From Takakia lepidozioides (lineage: Eukaryota; Plantae; Bryophyta): DNA of 64,000 bases. The DNA lies in the NCBI GenBank assembly GCA_030704615.1, contig CM060734.1:44144001-44208000 (forward strand). Direction: 5' to 3'. The translations under genes and the position numbers were made by a program. This document shows positions 1-11,912 of this stretch, piece by piece (position 1 is the first letter of the stretch; each line of letters starts with the position of its first letter). The notes beneath the pieces are model-generated. The model was not told the origin of the DNA. It worked only from the letters and a program-made list of their open reading frames with translations, and made no database searches.

Positions 1-830
1 GTTGAAGGAGATGCAGTCATTCGCAATGAGGACAACCCTCAACCGTCTCGAGGCTTTTCGAGTTGAGAAGACTATCAGACCCTACCTTAGTTTTCTTTAG
101 TGTTCAGTGAGCGAGAGATAGGGGGGAGTATTGCTTTGTCTCTACCTGGCAGAAATAGGAGGAGGGTTAGGTTAGAGCGAGCTACTAGTAAGCTGGGACA
201 AAGGTTGGGTGTCGAGGTTTCCTGTTTCTGGACATAGATATACCTCCTACACCTTATCATCATGTAGAGCGAGGCACTTTGAGAGAAGTCTGGCAGTTGA
301 TAACATAGATCAGGATTAGTCTTGCTTGGGGTCGGGCTTCTATCTTCTCCTCCATCTCTGTACTAATTTTCATTACCTTGTACTTGTAGGTTGCCAAAGC
401 CTCTCTTGGTGGAGCCATTCCTTTCCGGGGTTTTGGGCTAGGCTATTCTGCAGGTCAGTATTGCATCTGATTTTTTGGTGTGGGGTGTTGATGTTTTGAT
501 TTCTGTGTTGGGGTCCCACGCCCAACACCTGCATGCTTGACTGTGCGCCACGTTGGTTTTGTGTGGGGCGCTTGCTTTCATAGGGATTAGGCCGGATTTA
601 TCACCGGTCAATCCTAGAGTATGCTGTCGGTGGTGAGGCTGAGTGATGACCAACAAGAACCACCAGTGTCTAATATTCTTGGTGAAGCTGGGTTTATGAC
701 CAACCAACCATGATTCTTCTTGGGCGGTGGATTCAGGTGCCAGGTGCCCTGAGCCATTGGGATATGACCCTTAACTTCAACTGTGCCCACCCTTGTCCTA
801 TTATTAGTACTAGAGCCTTATAGTGTCACG
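1..830 (+). repeat. 3' part of the 5' LTR of copy A (runs off the window start)
   Basis: Non-coding stretch ending TGTCACG (824-830), an imperfect inverted match to the 3' LTR start TGTGGCA, followed directly by TGG (831) as expected at a PBS. No overlap with the truncated 3' LTR to confirm. Confidence 0.5.
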
Positions 831-1034
831 TGGAGGAGGTGCACATTGTGAGTGTCATTACGGGAGTTACCCCAGGGTTTTGAGGGGAGAAGTTACGGCT
901 ACAGGCAGTAACAGTGAGAGTGGGTCACAAGACGAGGTAATTCGGTTCAGACCACCTTCAAACCAGAACCACCCTCAACTTATACTGTAGAGTCAACACA
1001 GACTCGGAGGCTTTTTCAACGGTGTGCAGTTTCA

Positions 1035-2330
1035 TGTCGCCATTGTGTGGTGATGAACATGGAGGAGATGTATAGAGCTACCAAGGGGCCTCGTAGGTCC
1101 TCTGGAGCTGTGGGACCAATCGAGTTGGATGATCTTTATCCAGGAGTTCGACAGCTGGTGTGATTTTGCAGCAGATTCGCAATCCACAGCTATTCACCCC
1201 ATTCATGGGGACGTTAAGGACTGTTCCACATGTTGGAAGGCCCGCCTATGGACGATACCACGAGTTCAGGCGAGGACATGAAGCAAGAGATTGAGGAGTG
1301 GAGGATTATTTGGTCACCTGACTACGTCTCCATTACTCGAGGCACGACGCGACCAGTAGCTCATCGTACCAATAGCTCCACTAGGCCAGGCACTAGTAGT
1401 GGAAGCGTAGTGCTGGACTGGTACTGGTCTAAACCTGAGTGGTCCAGTTCAAAAGTTGCCACTACTCCTCCTGCCACGACTACAACACATGTGCCTAGAT
1501 TCAACCCCAATGGTGGAGTTCTATCCCGGAGTTGCGGAGGAACTACCAAGGTGTATCGGACAGAGAAGCATGCGAAGTTTGCAAGGACTTCGCAGCGCAA
1601 ACCCAGTGATAGCTTGCGAGAGGCGTACACTCGTATGAGGCGCTGATAAGTGTGACCCAAGGGTACTGAAGCTCAGGCAATCCAGTTTTGGTATGGAATT
1701 TTGGACAAGGAGCTCAAGAGAAGGGGGGCGAGATGGAACCCTGTTACAAGCAGCCCAACCCACATTAGCAATGTGTTTCTGCTGGCTGAGCGGATTGAGC
1801 TCAACATGGTGGAGGAACGATTGTTACAATTGGATTTGGCAAGGACAATGCCTGCAAGCCTGGGCACAGCTGTTAGCCCACAGGCAGGCACAAGGGACTC
1901 CCACAATCGTTTGTCAGGTCCAGGGGGGCAAGGTTGCCACACCTAACCAGTTCCATGGACAATTACAGGGGTAACCTCAGGTGCTGAAATGCCCGTGGCA
2001 TCTTTTGCAGGCCAACAGCACCAAGGGTGATATGTTGGACATGTGAAGGACTCAATGTCCAAAAGAGATTGCCCGAGAGAGTGGCAAAAGGCCGGCACAA
2101 GCAGCAGCCTTCACAGTTGCAGTGTGGGCATTGTGGCAAGTTATGGGCATGGAGAATGCCCATGTTATGACTTGCTCACTGAATTGCGCCCAAAAGAGCC
2201 AGTTCCAAGGGACAATGTTGTGGCCGGGGGCGAGGTGGACCAGCCCCAGAAGGACTAGGTGGTCGGGCACGAGGTGCAGGCCAGGGCAAGCTCCACATGG
2301 CCAAAAGTGACTCTGATGTCAGGGTGTTGA
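1035..2330 (+). pseudogene. gag: gag of copy A, multiple frameshifts
   Basis: Position upstream of protease; degenerate zinc-knuckle-like motifs (ICWTC...KRDCP near 2030-2075; CGHCGK.GH..C near 2120-2165). Confidence 0.6.
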
Positions 2331-3099
2331 CCAAGGCCTGGCCAATCGTCTTCAGCAGCTAGATCATAGGCTCGCTGCCATGGCTATAGCTCAGGCGTAC
2401 CAGGCTCCCAGGCGGGATGGTCCACCTCCTGCTCCTGAGGGAAGAGATATGGGAGGCTGGGATTCATTTCGAGAGCAGCACTTGACCATTAAAGTTCAGG
2501 TGGGAGTCCTGCAAAAGCCGGGGAGCTTCGAAGAGCATGCAGGACACGATTTCGAGCCACGAGGTGCAGAGGTGGAATTGGATGCACGGCGTGGGGAGGC
2601 CATACTGTCAGGGGCGAGGCTTCCTCAGTCATTCACTTGGCGGAGACAGTGACGCCCCACCATGGCACCTAGTTCTCGCCGACTGTTACCGGGAGGCGGA
2701 GGTTACTATGCCATTGGGGAGAGCTACACTGCAGCACTGCACGCGTGCTATCCAAAGGCTAGTGCAGCCGGTGTGTTATTGGGGGCAGCCCCTCTGGTGT
2801 CAAGCCCCACTGTTCAACTCGGCAACCATGATTGCGCAGCACCCGGGGGGGGTAAGGCCATTGCACTGTTCAAACTCTATCATCAACACTGCACAACACA
2901 AAATAGAGTGGGGGAGGTCACTTCATTTCTGCGGAGTTAGTGGGAAGGTTAGTGGCAGAGGATCCTCGATTTGAGTGTCCAGACTGCTACGGATCTAGCG
3001 CCTGGCAAGCTTGCAAGCTGCCAGGTTGACGGAGCTGCCAGCTAGCCAGCCTTTGAAGCGCGCCATGGTGACACCTGGAGTTTTGTCTTGTTAGACAAC

Positions 3100-3540
3100 C
3101 AGGGAGGCATTATCACTTATGAGTGGACCGGCAGGCAAGAAGTACCGGGCCACTGGCTGGTCTTGTTGGACTCGGGAGCTCAGCCACTGATGTTGGGCAG
3201 AGCTGGCTATTGCAGGGTTTGGGACCTCATGGAGGCATATTGAGCCTTATCCTTTCCTATATAGACATCTCTGGGAGGATCAGAGCAGCGCTCAGGGCAT
3301 GACACGGCATCAGATTGGCCATTATCTGCAGCCAACTCCGTATCACCTATCGCTGGCTCAGTGATAAAGCTGGCCAAGGCTTGTGACAGCCGCGGTCTCT
3401 TATTATGTCCTCGTTGGTGGGTCAATGTTATACCCCATGGGCTTCAAAACCCTGGTACTTTGGGAGGAGTCAGCATCCTACAGGCCTGGATGGCAGTCAG
3501 GCGATGGGTCGTCGTGCACAGCTCCCTGTGACATTCATTG
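3100..3540 (+). pseudogene. Retroviral-type aspartic protease domain of copy A
   Basis: GTC TTG TTG GAC TCG GGA GCT CAG = VLLDSGAQ (DSG at 3169-3177); downstream YYVLVGG resembles the ILG motif. Confidence 0.8.
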
Positions 3541-3934
3541 GGGGTATAGCGGCTGCCCAGCGGGGCAAGATTGCCACACTAGCCGCCTTTACACAGCTTT
3601 TGTTAGTTGGCCTGGAGAGTTGCTGACAGGCCAATCCCATGGGGCAATGTGCCCCATCCATCAGAGCAGGATTACATTGATGGAGTGATGCCACACTCCG
3701 GGGGGTAGGATGGACTCAACTGTTTTCGGGTTGCCCTCCCATCCGGTTTCTCCCACATTCTTATGTGGGGTCACGAGCACAGGATTTGCAGCAGGTTGCT
3801 ATCGACGGGTGCAACAAGCCTAGGTCGAGGCTTTTGTACCGTCAGGAGGAGGAGGAGAAGTGCGGTATTGCACCCGTACCACCTCAGTTGTCACATTGGA
3901 TACCACACCTATTGTGTGGCAGTATCCGGATGAA

Positions 3935-4900
3935 GGCATTTGCCTTCTGACTTGTTTGGGGCGGATCAGCACCGGATTGGCCGCTTTGCTACAGGCAGGT
4001 GTGCGGACAGGCGTTACCTGCATGTGGAGAGGGATGAGACTGCACGACGCGTCTCACTGCGCCATGTTGCTCAGTTGGGTCACGGCAGTACCCGTGTTTT
4101 GTTGCCAGTGTCTGCAGTTCGTGGATAACCAACGGGCCTTGCTAGCAGACATTTCGTTGTTGGGGGGCGCCAGATTTGGAGGCAGGTTGGCTCCATTGAT
4201 CTGGTAGTGGCAGGTTGGCCCTGCCAAGGCATTCATCAGCCGGCATTGCAATGGATTGCGAGACTCAAGGACGGTGTCTGTTTTGGAGATGGTGCAGTTT
4301 TTGCGCCACTTGCAGCTTCATCAAGCTGTATCACCAGCATACATCTTGGAGAATGTGCCACTGATGGGCGATTCTCGGCCAGGGTGATGGCCAGTGTGCA
4401 TCAAGTCCGGTCGTTGCTTTGGTCAGCAGTGCTGCTTGATGCAGCTGCAGTGGGATCACGGGCTCATCGTCCACGGCTATGGTGGACTAACTTGATGCCA
4501 CCCGCACTGCACTCAAGTGTGCATTTGATGGGGTGGGAGCGGCCACCACCTCATAGTGGACAGTATTTTGGACACAGGGAGGCAGTCTCAACGTGTGAGA
4601 CATGATGACCGTTCGCCTTGGCAATGGTCAACAGGGTGGGTCAACCACGAGCAGCATTACCTACACTGCTCAGCTTCCCAGGATCCCATTGCTTTTCGGG
4701 ATGGTGGACCTGGCCTCCTGTGGGATGCTCAGTTGCAAGCAGTTATTGGAGCCTAATGTCGACGCGCGCGAGCGGGCTATGGGGTTTTTCCACTGGGACC
4801 CGAAACGGCTTGTGCCTTCCTTTCTGAGGCATCCACGGCGTCAAGTGTTGGGGGCAAGCAATGGATCTCAATTGCTTGACCTGGATTAGAATCAGCTTGG
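3935..4900 (+). pseudogene. DNMT3-like C5-cytosine methyltransferase domain, copy A (many indels)
   Basis: Clearly homologous at DNA level to the near-intact copy at 17088-18040; DLVVAGWPCQG, YILENV, DAAAVGSRAHRPRLWWTNL, ERAMGF and LGQAM-like segments visible in shifting frames. Confidence 0.88.
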
Positions 4901-5339
4901 ATATGGCTGAGCAACGTAGAGGGCGGAGTGCACTTACCTTGACGGTCTCTCTGCTCTGCCTACCGAGACGGTACAGCAGCAAGTGGGGGGGTGAGCCGGT
5001 GAGACCACGGGTTGTAGACATCCATGGCACACGTGGGAGGTGCTCGAGGTCCAGAGGGAGTTGGCAGCCAAGACAGCTGTGATGGAGATATAGGTTTTGG
5101 ATCTTCTTCTCGGTTGAGGAGGTTCTCATGATGAGATGATGGGGCAGGATTGAGGCCTTGTCATTGACTGAGCAGGAGGGAGTACTGCTCAGAGGTTTGC
5201 AGCATAGCAACACGGGAACGCGTCCTCTACCTCTAAGCCCACGAACTTAAGGTTGCAGTTACGGAGGACAATTGGGAGCCTGACATTGGACATATTGTCA
5301 CCGGAGGAGAAGACACGTATACGGGGTTCCTGAGGGCTT

Positions 5340-6710
5340 ACAAGGAATTGCTTTGCGTTCAGTTTGAAGGACTGGGAGCACTGAAGGGTCAAGAGATCCG
5401 TATTATAGTTGGCCACTGACACGCCAATCTTTCGGAGACCCTATAGATACAGTGACATGGAGAGTCTTTGATTCAGATGAGGACTCAAGATCTCTGGGAG
5501 GCAGGTTTGGTGGAGCTCTCTGGGTGGAGAGTATGCTTCAGCCACAATGATGTCAGCTAAGAAGGATGTCTATGGCAATTGGACGGAGAGACGTATGTGC
5601 GGTGATTACCAGCTGTAAATCGTCAGACCAAGTCCAATAGGTATGCCATGCCGACACCAGAGGAGATCTTTGATGCCATTGGGCATTCCAAGGTCTTTAG
5701 CACGTTGGATTTACGATCCGGATATCACCAGTTGCCGATCAAGGAGGCGGATAAGCAAAAGACGGCATTCTGAGGGATCAATGAGCACGGGAAGGATTGC
5801 CTATACCAGTGGCGTTCTTACCATTTGGGCTTAAAAACGCTCCCGCTGAGTTTCAAAGAGTCATCGACATGATTCTAGCAGGGGCGGAGTTTGCTCGGTG
5901 CTACATAGATGACATCAACATCTTGAGTGCTACGGTGGAGGAGCATGAGAGACACCTTTAGGGGGTATTTGAGCGCTTGAGGGCGCACGGATTGAAGTTA
6001 CATCCGGGAAGTGCAAGTTTTTTCACAACCCAGATTGAGTATCTGGGCACATGATATATCCTAGAGGATTGGGGGTACAGCAGACTAAGGTAGAGTCCAT
6101 TGCATCAGGTTCCACGCCCCACGGATGTGAGCCGAGTTCGAGCTTTCATCATGGGGTTAGCAAACTATTACAGACGGTTTGTTAAGGGATTCAGTGCCAT
6201 TGCAAAGGCTCTAACCAAGCTGACCAGGTGGACCAAGAGTGGCAGTGGGAAGATGAGCAGAACAACAAGCTTTTTTCAAGAGCTCAAGGCGAGGTTGACC
6301 TCGGCGCCCTCTTGAGACGACCTATCAGGGGCTTCCTTTTCAGCTGCTGCATACAGATTGGCGCATGCTGGGGCTTGGAGCGGTGCTCACACAGGTGGAT
6401 GATGAGGGAAGAGAGTTCGTAGTGGCTTATGCTAGCCGCTCGAACAATGCTGCAGAGTCTAAGTATAGCTCATATGAGGGAGAATGCTTAGCTGCAGTGT
6501 GGTCCGTGGCACACTCAGGTGCTATCTATACGGCAATCTCTTCACCCTTGTCACGGATCACCAACCACTCAAGTGGTTGATGGAGTCAGACAAGCTTACG
6601 GGGAAGCTTGCACGGTGGGCACTCATCCTTCAAGAGTATGACTTTCAGGTGGTGCATCGACCGGGTTTGATCAATCGCAATGCTGATGGGTTGAGTTGCA
6701 ATCCATGCAC
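5340..6710 (+). pseudogene. pol: Reverse transcriptase and RNase H, copy A
   Basis: RMCGDY, LDLRSGYHQ, PFGLKNAP, YIDD (5902-5913), LGAVLTQ, AYASRS, EGECLA, TDHQPL, NADGLS. Confidence 0.92.
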
Positions 6711-6999
6711 GAGCCAGCAGGATGACACTGGAGCTCGGTGGCATGGTGAGACAGACGAGGAGATGGTGGCCGGATGGCATGCATCTGCATTTCTGTGTAT
6801 CGTGGCAGCGGAAGGCCAGGTTGGACCTGCAACAGGGATGACTGTAGATCAAGTGTCTGAGGACCCTGAGGCCAGCAATGAGCAAGGTGGCGCCAAAGAT
6901 ATACATGAGGAATCAGTTGTGTTGGACTACCTCCGCACTGGAGACACTGATGCCACTATGACTGCCAAGGAGAGGGATCGGATCCTACAACAAGCCAAG

Positions 7000-8350
7000 A
7001 GGTTCAAGTGGGAGGGGACACACCTGCTCCGAGTGTGGGAGGATGGTCGAGTGAGGATTGTGCCTCACCCAACACAGCGGGCACGGTTACTGCGGCATGC
7101 CCACGAGGAGTTGGGGCATTTTGGGGTGCGACGCACCCATAGCCTACTGTAGGGGCAGTATTGGTGGCGTGGTATGCAACACAGAGGTGCAACAATTTGT
7201 GGCTAGGTGCATGGTGTGGTGACAGGGTGCGTGCTTCATTCAACGCCCCTACTCCACAATTGCACCCTCTTCCGATCATGGGATTGGGCTACAGGTGGAG
7301 TCTTGACTTCGCAGGGCCGTTGCCACTGACCATCGCGCCACAACAAGTACGTGTTGTGATGGTAGAGCACTTCTCCAAGTGGATTGAATTGGTTTCATTG
7401 CCTGATAAGGCTAGTGAGGGAGCTGCATATGCATTCTTGGATTGTGTGCTTAGCCGATTCGGTGCTCCAGCTGAGGTACTCACGGACCAAGGGAGAGAGT
7501 TCTTGGGGAGTTTCAGGCTTTGTGTGACAAGGCCTTGAGACCACCGACCACCGCACCACTTCTCGGGATCATCCTGAGGCCGATGGCTTGGCAGAGAGAG
7601 TTGTTCAGACAGTAAAGAGGGGTTTGCGCAAGTATGGCTTGCAGAAGGGACACCTAGGAGATTCGGACCTTCAGTTACCCTGGTTAGCCATGGGCTACAG
7701 GTTCAGCAAGCAAGCATCACTTGCCTCCTTCTCACCATACTTTCTTCTCTTTGGCCGAGAGCCGGATTTGCCTACACTCCATTCCCAGAGAAGCTGCTAC
7801 ACAGTTCTTAACCTTGACGATCCGGACGTGTGGGCACGTGCATGTGAGCAGCGTGCAGAGTTGTTCAAGAGAGTCATGCCCATGGCTTTCGAGAACCTTG
7901 CCATTGCACAACACCGTGATACGTTGAGGTATGCTACCATACGTGTGGGGGCTATCGTCCTGGGGTTCGGAGATTCAACCCTGGTGACTATGTCTATCTG
8001 CAGCAGACTGCTCATACGACCCTGGATGTGATTGAAGGACGTGTTATTTTGAGGGTTCGAGAGGTCTTGCCCTCAGGCGTCTTGGTCTTGGAGGGTCGGG
8101 ATGGCATAACTTGGAAGGACCATGTGCGTATTGTACGCCATGTCACCTTCCAAATGTCATGGCAGGATTGATCCAAACCTGGCAGTGGTATCTGCAGGTT
8201 TGAGGTGCATGTTGTGTGGGTCTGCTAAAGGGCCAGCCACCATGCTGGTGTGTGATCGATGCTCTAGAGGTTGGCATATGGGATTGCTTGACTCCACCTC
8301 TTGAGATGGTTCCGGATGGGGATTGGTTATGTCCACATTGCATTGGATAA
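7000..8350 (+). pseudogene. Integrase with C-terminal PHD finger, copy A
   Basis: HEELGHFG zinc-binding region, WSLDFAGP, TDQGREF, AERVVQT; then CMLC...CDRC..GWH.(C)L.PPL..VPDGDWLCPHC and stop at 8348-8350. Confidence 0.88.
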
Positions 8351-8610
8351 GGGGAGTGGATACAACCATGGAAGGCTAACAAGAAATGCAAGGCCAAGCT
8401 ACTAGGAGACCTTGAACACACGAGGTCCTGGCTCAAGTTCACAGATTGCAAGACGGCGACTAATGATGGGGCTACTCTTGTACCCGGCCTCTTGGTCTAT
8501 AGAGTTTGAGTGCAATAGGGGCAGTGATAGAGGACTTAGTACGGCTGTGGCTATTACATCTTGTAGCTATCTGGAGGTAGAGGGACCTACCCACCAGCTA
8601 GGGGGGCGAT

Positions 8611-9055
8611 TGTGGCAGACTACTTTATTGTGCATATATATGTGGTGTGGTTTGGACAGCGATGTAGTTGTGTAGCGATATGTATGCGCATGACAGCTGT
8701 CAAGTTAAATAAGCACAGTGTGAAAAGAACTAGAATAAAGCTTGTTATTTATATTTAACACTTGGATTTAGGTCAAGTGTTAAATCAGGTGTCAAGTTTA
8801 GTTTGACACCTGAACGGCCTTATCTTCACGAGAGCGGCAGTCGCGTAGCTCATCTCTCTCGAGTTGAGCCTGCGCGACCGAGCTCCTTCATCGTTTAGGA
8901 CTGAGTATGCTCATGATGGTAGTGTAGGTTGTTGTGGGGTGGAGTCCCCACAGCTTGGGGTGCCCCTGGCTCGACTTCTATTTTAACGAGTGATAGCGAT
9001 GGATTTCATGTTGTTTCTGGTGTGAACAGTGTGTCTCTTAGCTTTTTCTTATCAT
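8611..9055 (+). repeat. Truncated 3' LTR of copy A, preceded by a polypurine tract (AGGGGGG, about 8600-8606)
   Basis: TGTGGCAG starts a few nt after the G-run; the segment 8699-9055 recurs at 15292-15645. Confidence 0.7.
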
Positions 9056-9239
9056 TGTGGCAGACTACTTTATTGTGCATATGTGGTGTGGTTTGGACAG
9101 CGATGTAGTTGTGTAGCGATATGTATGCGCACGACAAATCCTCCATGGGTCATGACACAAGGTCAAGGACAATGTGGTGGGGGCACCTTCTTCTTCGACC
9201 TATTTCACCCTATTTTTCCATCTCATCAAGCACCTCAAC

Positions 9240-11660
9240 CATGACCACAGCTTCTAGAAAGGATCAAGAGAGGGAGTCCACAATGCCTCTTCTGGCACTT
9301 CTGGGCATGTGATGATGCTTTGTGAGGCAGGCAGACTGAAAGATGAGACTTTAAACCAAGGAGGCATTTCAGCAGATTCAGATACGTATGTCTGTCTCGT
9401 ACATAAGTGCATCAAGATGAAAGGCCTTGAAGCTGGAAAGCAGGTGCACACTCACATTATCCAAAGTGGATTTAGCCAAATGTTTTTCTCCTCAACACCC
9501 TTGTCGACATGTATGTTAAGTGCGGGAGCATCATGGATGCTCACCAAGTGTTCAACAGAATGCCTCAACCATCTTTGATCACTTGGAAATGTTGGCAGAA
9601 TTTACCATGCATGGGTGTGGTACGAATGCTTTAGAGACCTATGAGCAAATGATGCACGAAGGGGTGAAGCCCAACCACATCACGTTCGTTTGCGTTTGCA
9701 ATGCGTGTGCAAGCCTGGGAGCCCTAGAAAAGGGGAAAGAGGTCCATGATGAGATCGTCAAAGCTGGAATTGTACCAGATGTCATTTTGAACACTGCCCT
9801 GGTGGACATGTATGCCAAATGTGGGTGCATTAAGGATGCAAAGGCAGTTTTCAACAGTATGCAGGCTGAACAGGATGTGGTGTCGTGGAGCGCGATGCTT
9901 GCAGGGTATGCACAGCAGGGAGGCTTTGGAGACCTATGAGCAAATGATGGGGGAAGGGGTGAAACCGCCCACATAACGTTTGTGTGCGCAAGTGGAAGCC
10001 GCAGCAGCAGCAGCAGCGGCGGCACAATTGATAAAATCAAGCATTGCTAATGCAGGCACCTTCTTCAACACATTTCATCCTGTTTTTCCCTCTTATCATA
10101 ATCGGCCCTAAATATCCATATTGAATTCTGCAAGTTAGCTGGTTGATTGAATCTTGATAGTTTGGAGTGACTTTGACATGATACTCCCAAGTGACAACAT
10201 GAAAGTATCCTGAAAGAGGTAACAGAGATGAGGAGAAACTTTGGAATGAATACTTTTCTGACCCCAGTCAATGGTGGGACAACCGAGGCAAAAAGGTGAA
10301 TGCCTGTCAGATTACCTGTCATTCTGAACACTATGGCTAAACGAGATGTGGTGTCGTGGATTGTGATGTTTGCAGGGTATGCATAGCAGGGGTGCGGGAT
10401 GGAGGCTTTGGAGACCTATGAGCAAATGATGGGGGAAGGGGTGAAACCGCCCACATAACGTTTTTGTGCGTTTGGAGTGTGTGTGCAAGCCTGGCAGCCT
10501 GGAAAAGTGCAAAGAGATCCATGGTTGCATCGTCAAATCTGGAATTGTACCCGGTGTCATGCTGAACACTGCCCTGGTGGACATGTATGTCAAATGTGGG
10601 TGCATTAAGGATGCCAAGGGAGTGTTTGACAGTATGGCTGAATGAGATGTGGTGTTGTGGAGTGCGATGATTGCATGATATGGACAGCAAGGGTGCGGGA
10701 TGGAGGCTTTGTAGACCTATAAGCAAATGATGTGTGAATGGGTGAAGCCCAACCACATCACATTTGTTTGTGTTTGCAGTGTGTGTGCAAGCCTGGCAGC
10801 TCTGGAAAAGGGGAAAGAGGTCCATGGCGACATCTTCAAAGTTGGAATTGTACTAGATGTCATCCTGAAGACTGCCCTGCCAAATGTGGGTGCATTAAGG
10901 ATGCGAAGGGAGTTTTCAAGACTATGGCTGAATGAGATGTGGTGTCATGGAACTCAATGCTTGTAGGGTATGCACAGCAGGGGCGCGGGATGGAGGCCTT
11001 GGAATGATGTGTGAAGGGGTGAAGCCTGACCACATCACGTTTATGTGCGTTTGCACTGCGTGTGCAAGCCTGGCTGCCTTGGAAAAGGTGCATGATTGCA
11101 TTGCCAAAGCTGGAATTGGGACAACCAAGGCAAAAAGGTGAATGCCTGTCAGATTACTTGTCATTCTGAACACTATGGCTGATCGAGATGTGGTGTCGTG
11201 GATTGTGATGTTTGCAGGGTATGCACAGCAGGGGTGCGAGATGGAGGCTTTGGAGATCTATGAGCAAATGATGGGGGAAGGGGTGAAACCGCCCACATAA
11301 CGTTTGCAGTGCGTGTGCAAGCCTGGCAGCCTGGAAAAGTGCAAAGAGGTCCATGGTTGCATCGTCAAATCTGGAATTGTACCCGGTGTCATGCTCAACA
11401 CTGCCCTGGTGGACATGTATGTCAAATGTGGGTGCATTAAAGATGCCAAGGGAGTCTTTGACAGTATGGCTGAACGAGATGTGGTGTTGTAGAGTGCGAT
11501 GATTGCATGATATGCACAGCAAGGGTGCGGGATGGAGGCTTTGTAGACCTACAAGCAAATGATGTGCGGAGGGGTGAAGCCCAACCACATCACATTTGTT
11601 TGTGTTTGCACTGTGTATGCAAGCCTGGCAGCTCTGGAAAAGGGGAAAGAGGTCCATGGT
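9240..11660 (+). pseudogene. PLS-class PPR gene fragments (N-terminal leader plus P-L-S triplets); internal duplication 10275-10830 / 11118-11660
   Basis: Repeated [24 protein letters not shown] / HITFVCVC.ACASL.ALEKGKEVH / DVILNTALVDMYAKCG motifs with stops and frameshifts. Confidence 0.9.
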
Positions 11661-11778
11661 CTGGGTGTCAGTACATTGAATGAAAACATCAGTTTAACCC
11701 TCGTAGGTGTCGCAAATGCTATGAACAAAAGAGCTGGACAGAGTACTTTTCTCATGTGTGGGTTTTCTTTAATGACAG

Positions 11779-11912
11779 ATGGAATTTGAAGACTGGTTGA
11801 AGCAAGGAGATATAAAGAGTACAATATGCGAGGAAGTTCAAAGAGAGTGTCCTGACATCTTGGTCATGGGAAGCCATAGCCCATTGGTCATGGCTTTGGC
11901 ACATTGCAACGG
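11779..11912 (+). pseudogene. Universal stress protein (USP)-like exon fragment
   Basis: After a ...ACAG acceptor-like site: MEFEDWLKQGDIKSTICEEVQRECPDILVMGSH...GHGFGTLQR, matching the plant USP pattern W.K.GD.K..IC.EV....PD.LV.GS.G.G. Confidence 0.65.

Larger units (their letters stand above)
1..9055 (+). mobile_element. Ty3/Gypsy LTR retrotransposon carrying a C5 DNA methyltransferase (copy A): gag-PR-DNMT-RT-RH-INT-PHD, frameshifted
   Basis: Read across frames: gag with Cys/His knuckles (about 1980-2190), protease VLLDSGA (3160-3180), DNMT GWPCQG (4213-4230) and ENV (4349-4357), RT YIDD (5902-5913), RNase H, integrase (LDFAGP, TDQG, AER), PHD (8206-8341), then a G-rich PPT and TG start of the 3' LTR. 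PR-RT-RH-INT order indicates Gypsy. Confidence 0.92.

Noticed and set aside
831-848. Assigning a primer tRNA to the copy A PBS
   Set aside because: TGGAGGAGGTGCAC does not match a tRNA 3' end I can identify with confidence.
8351-8600. Chromodomain after the PHD finger
   Set aside because: A stop codon follows the PHD and I found no chromodomain pattern in the three forward frames.
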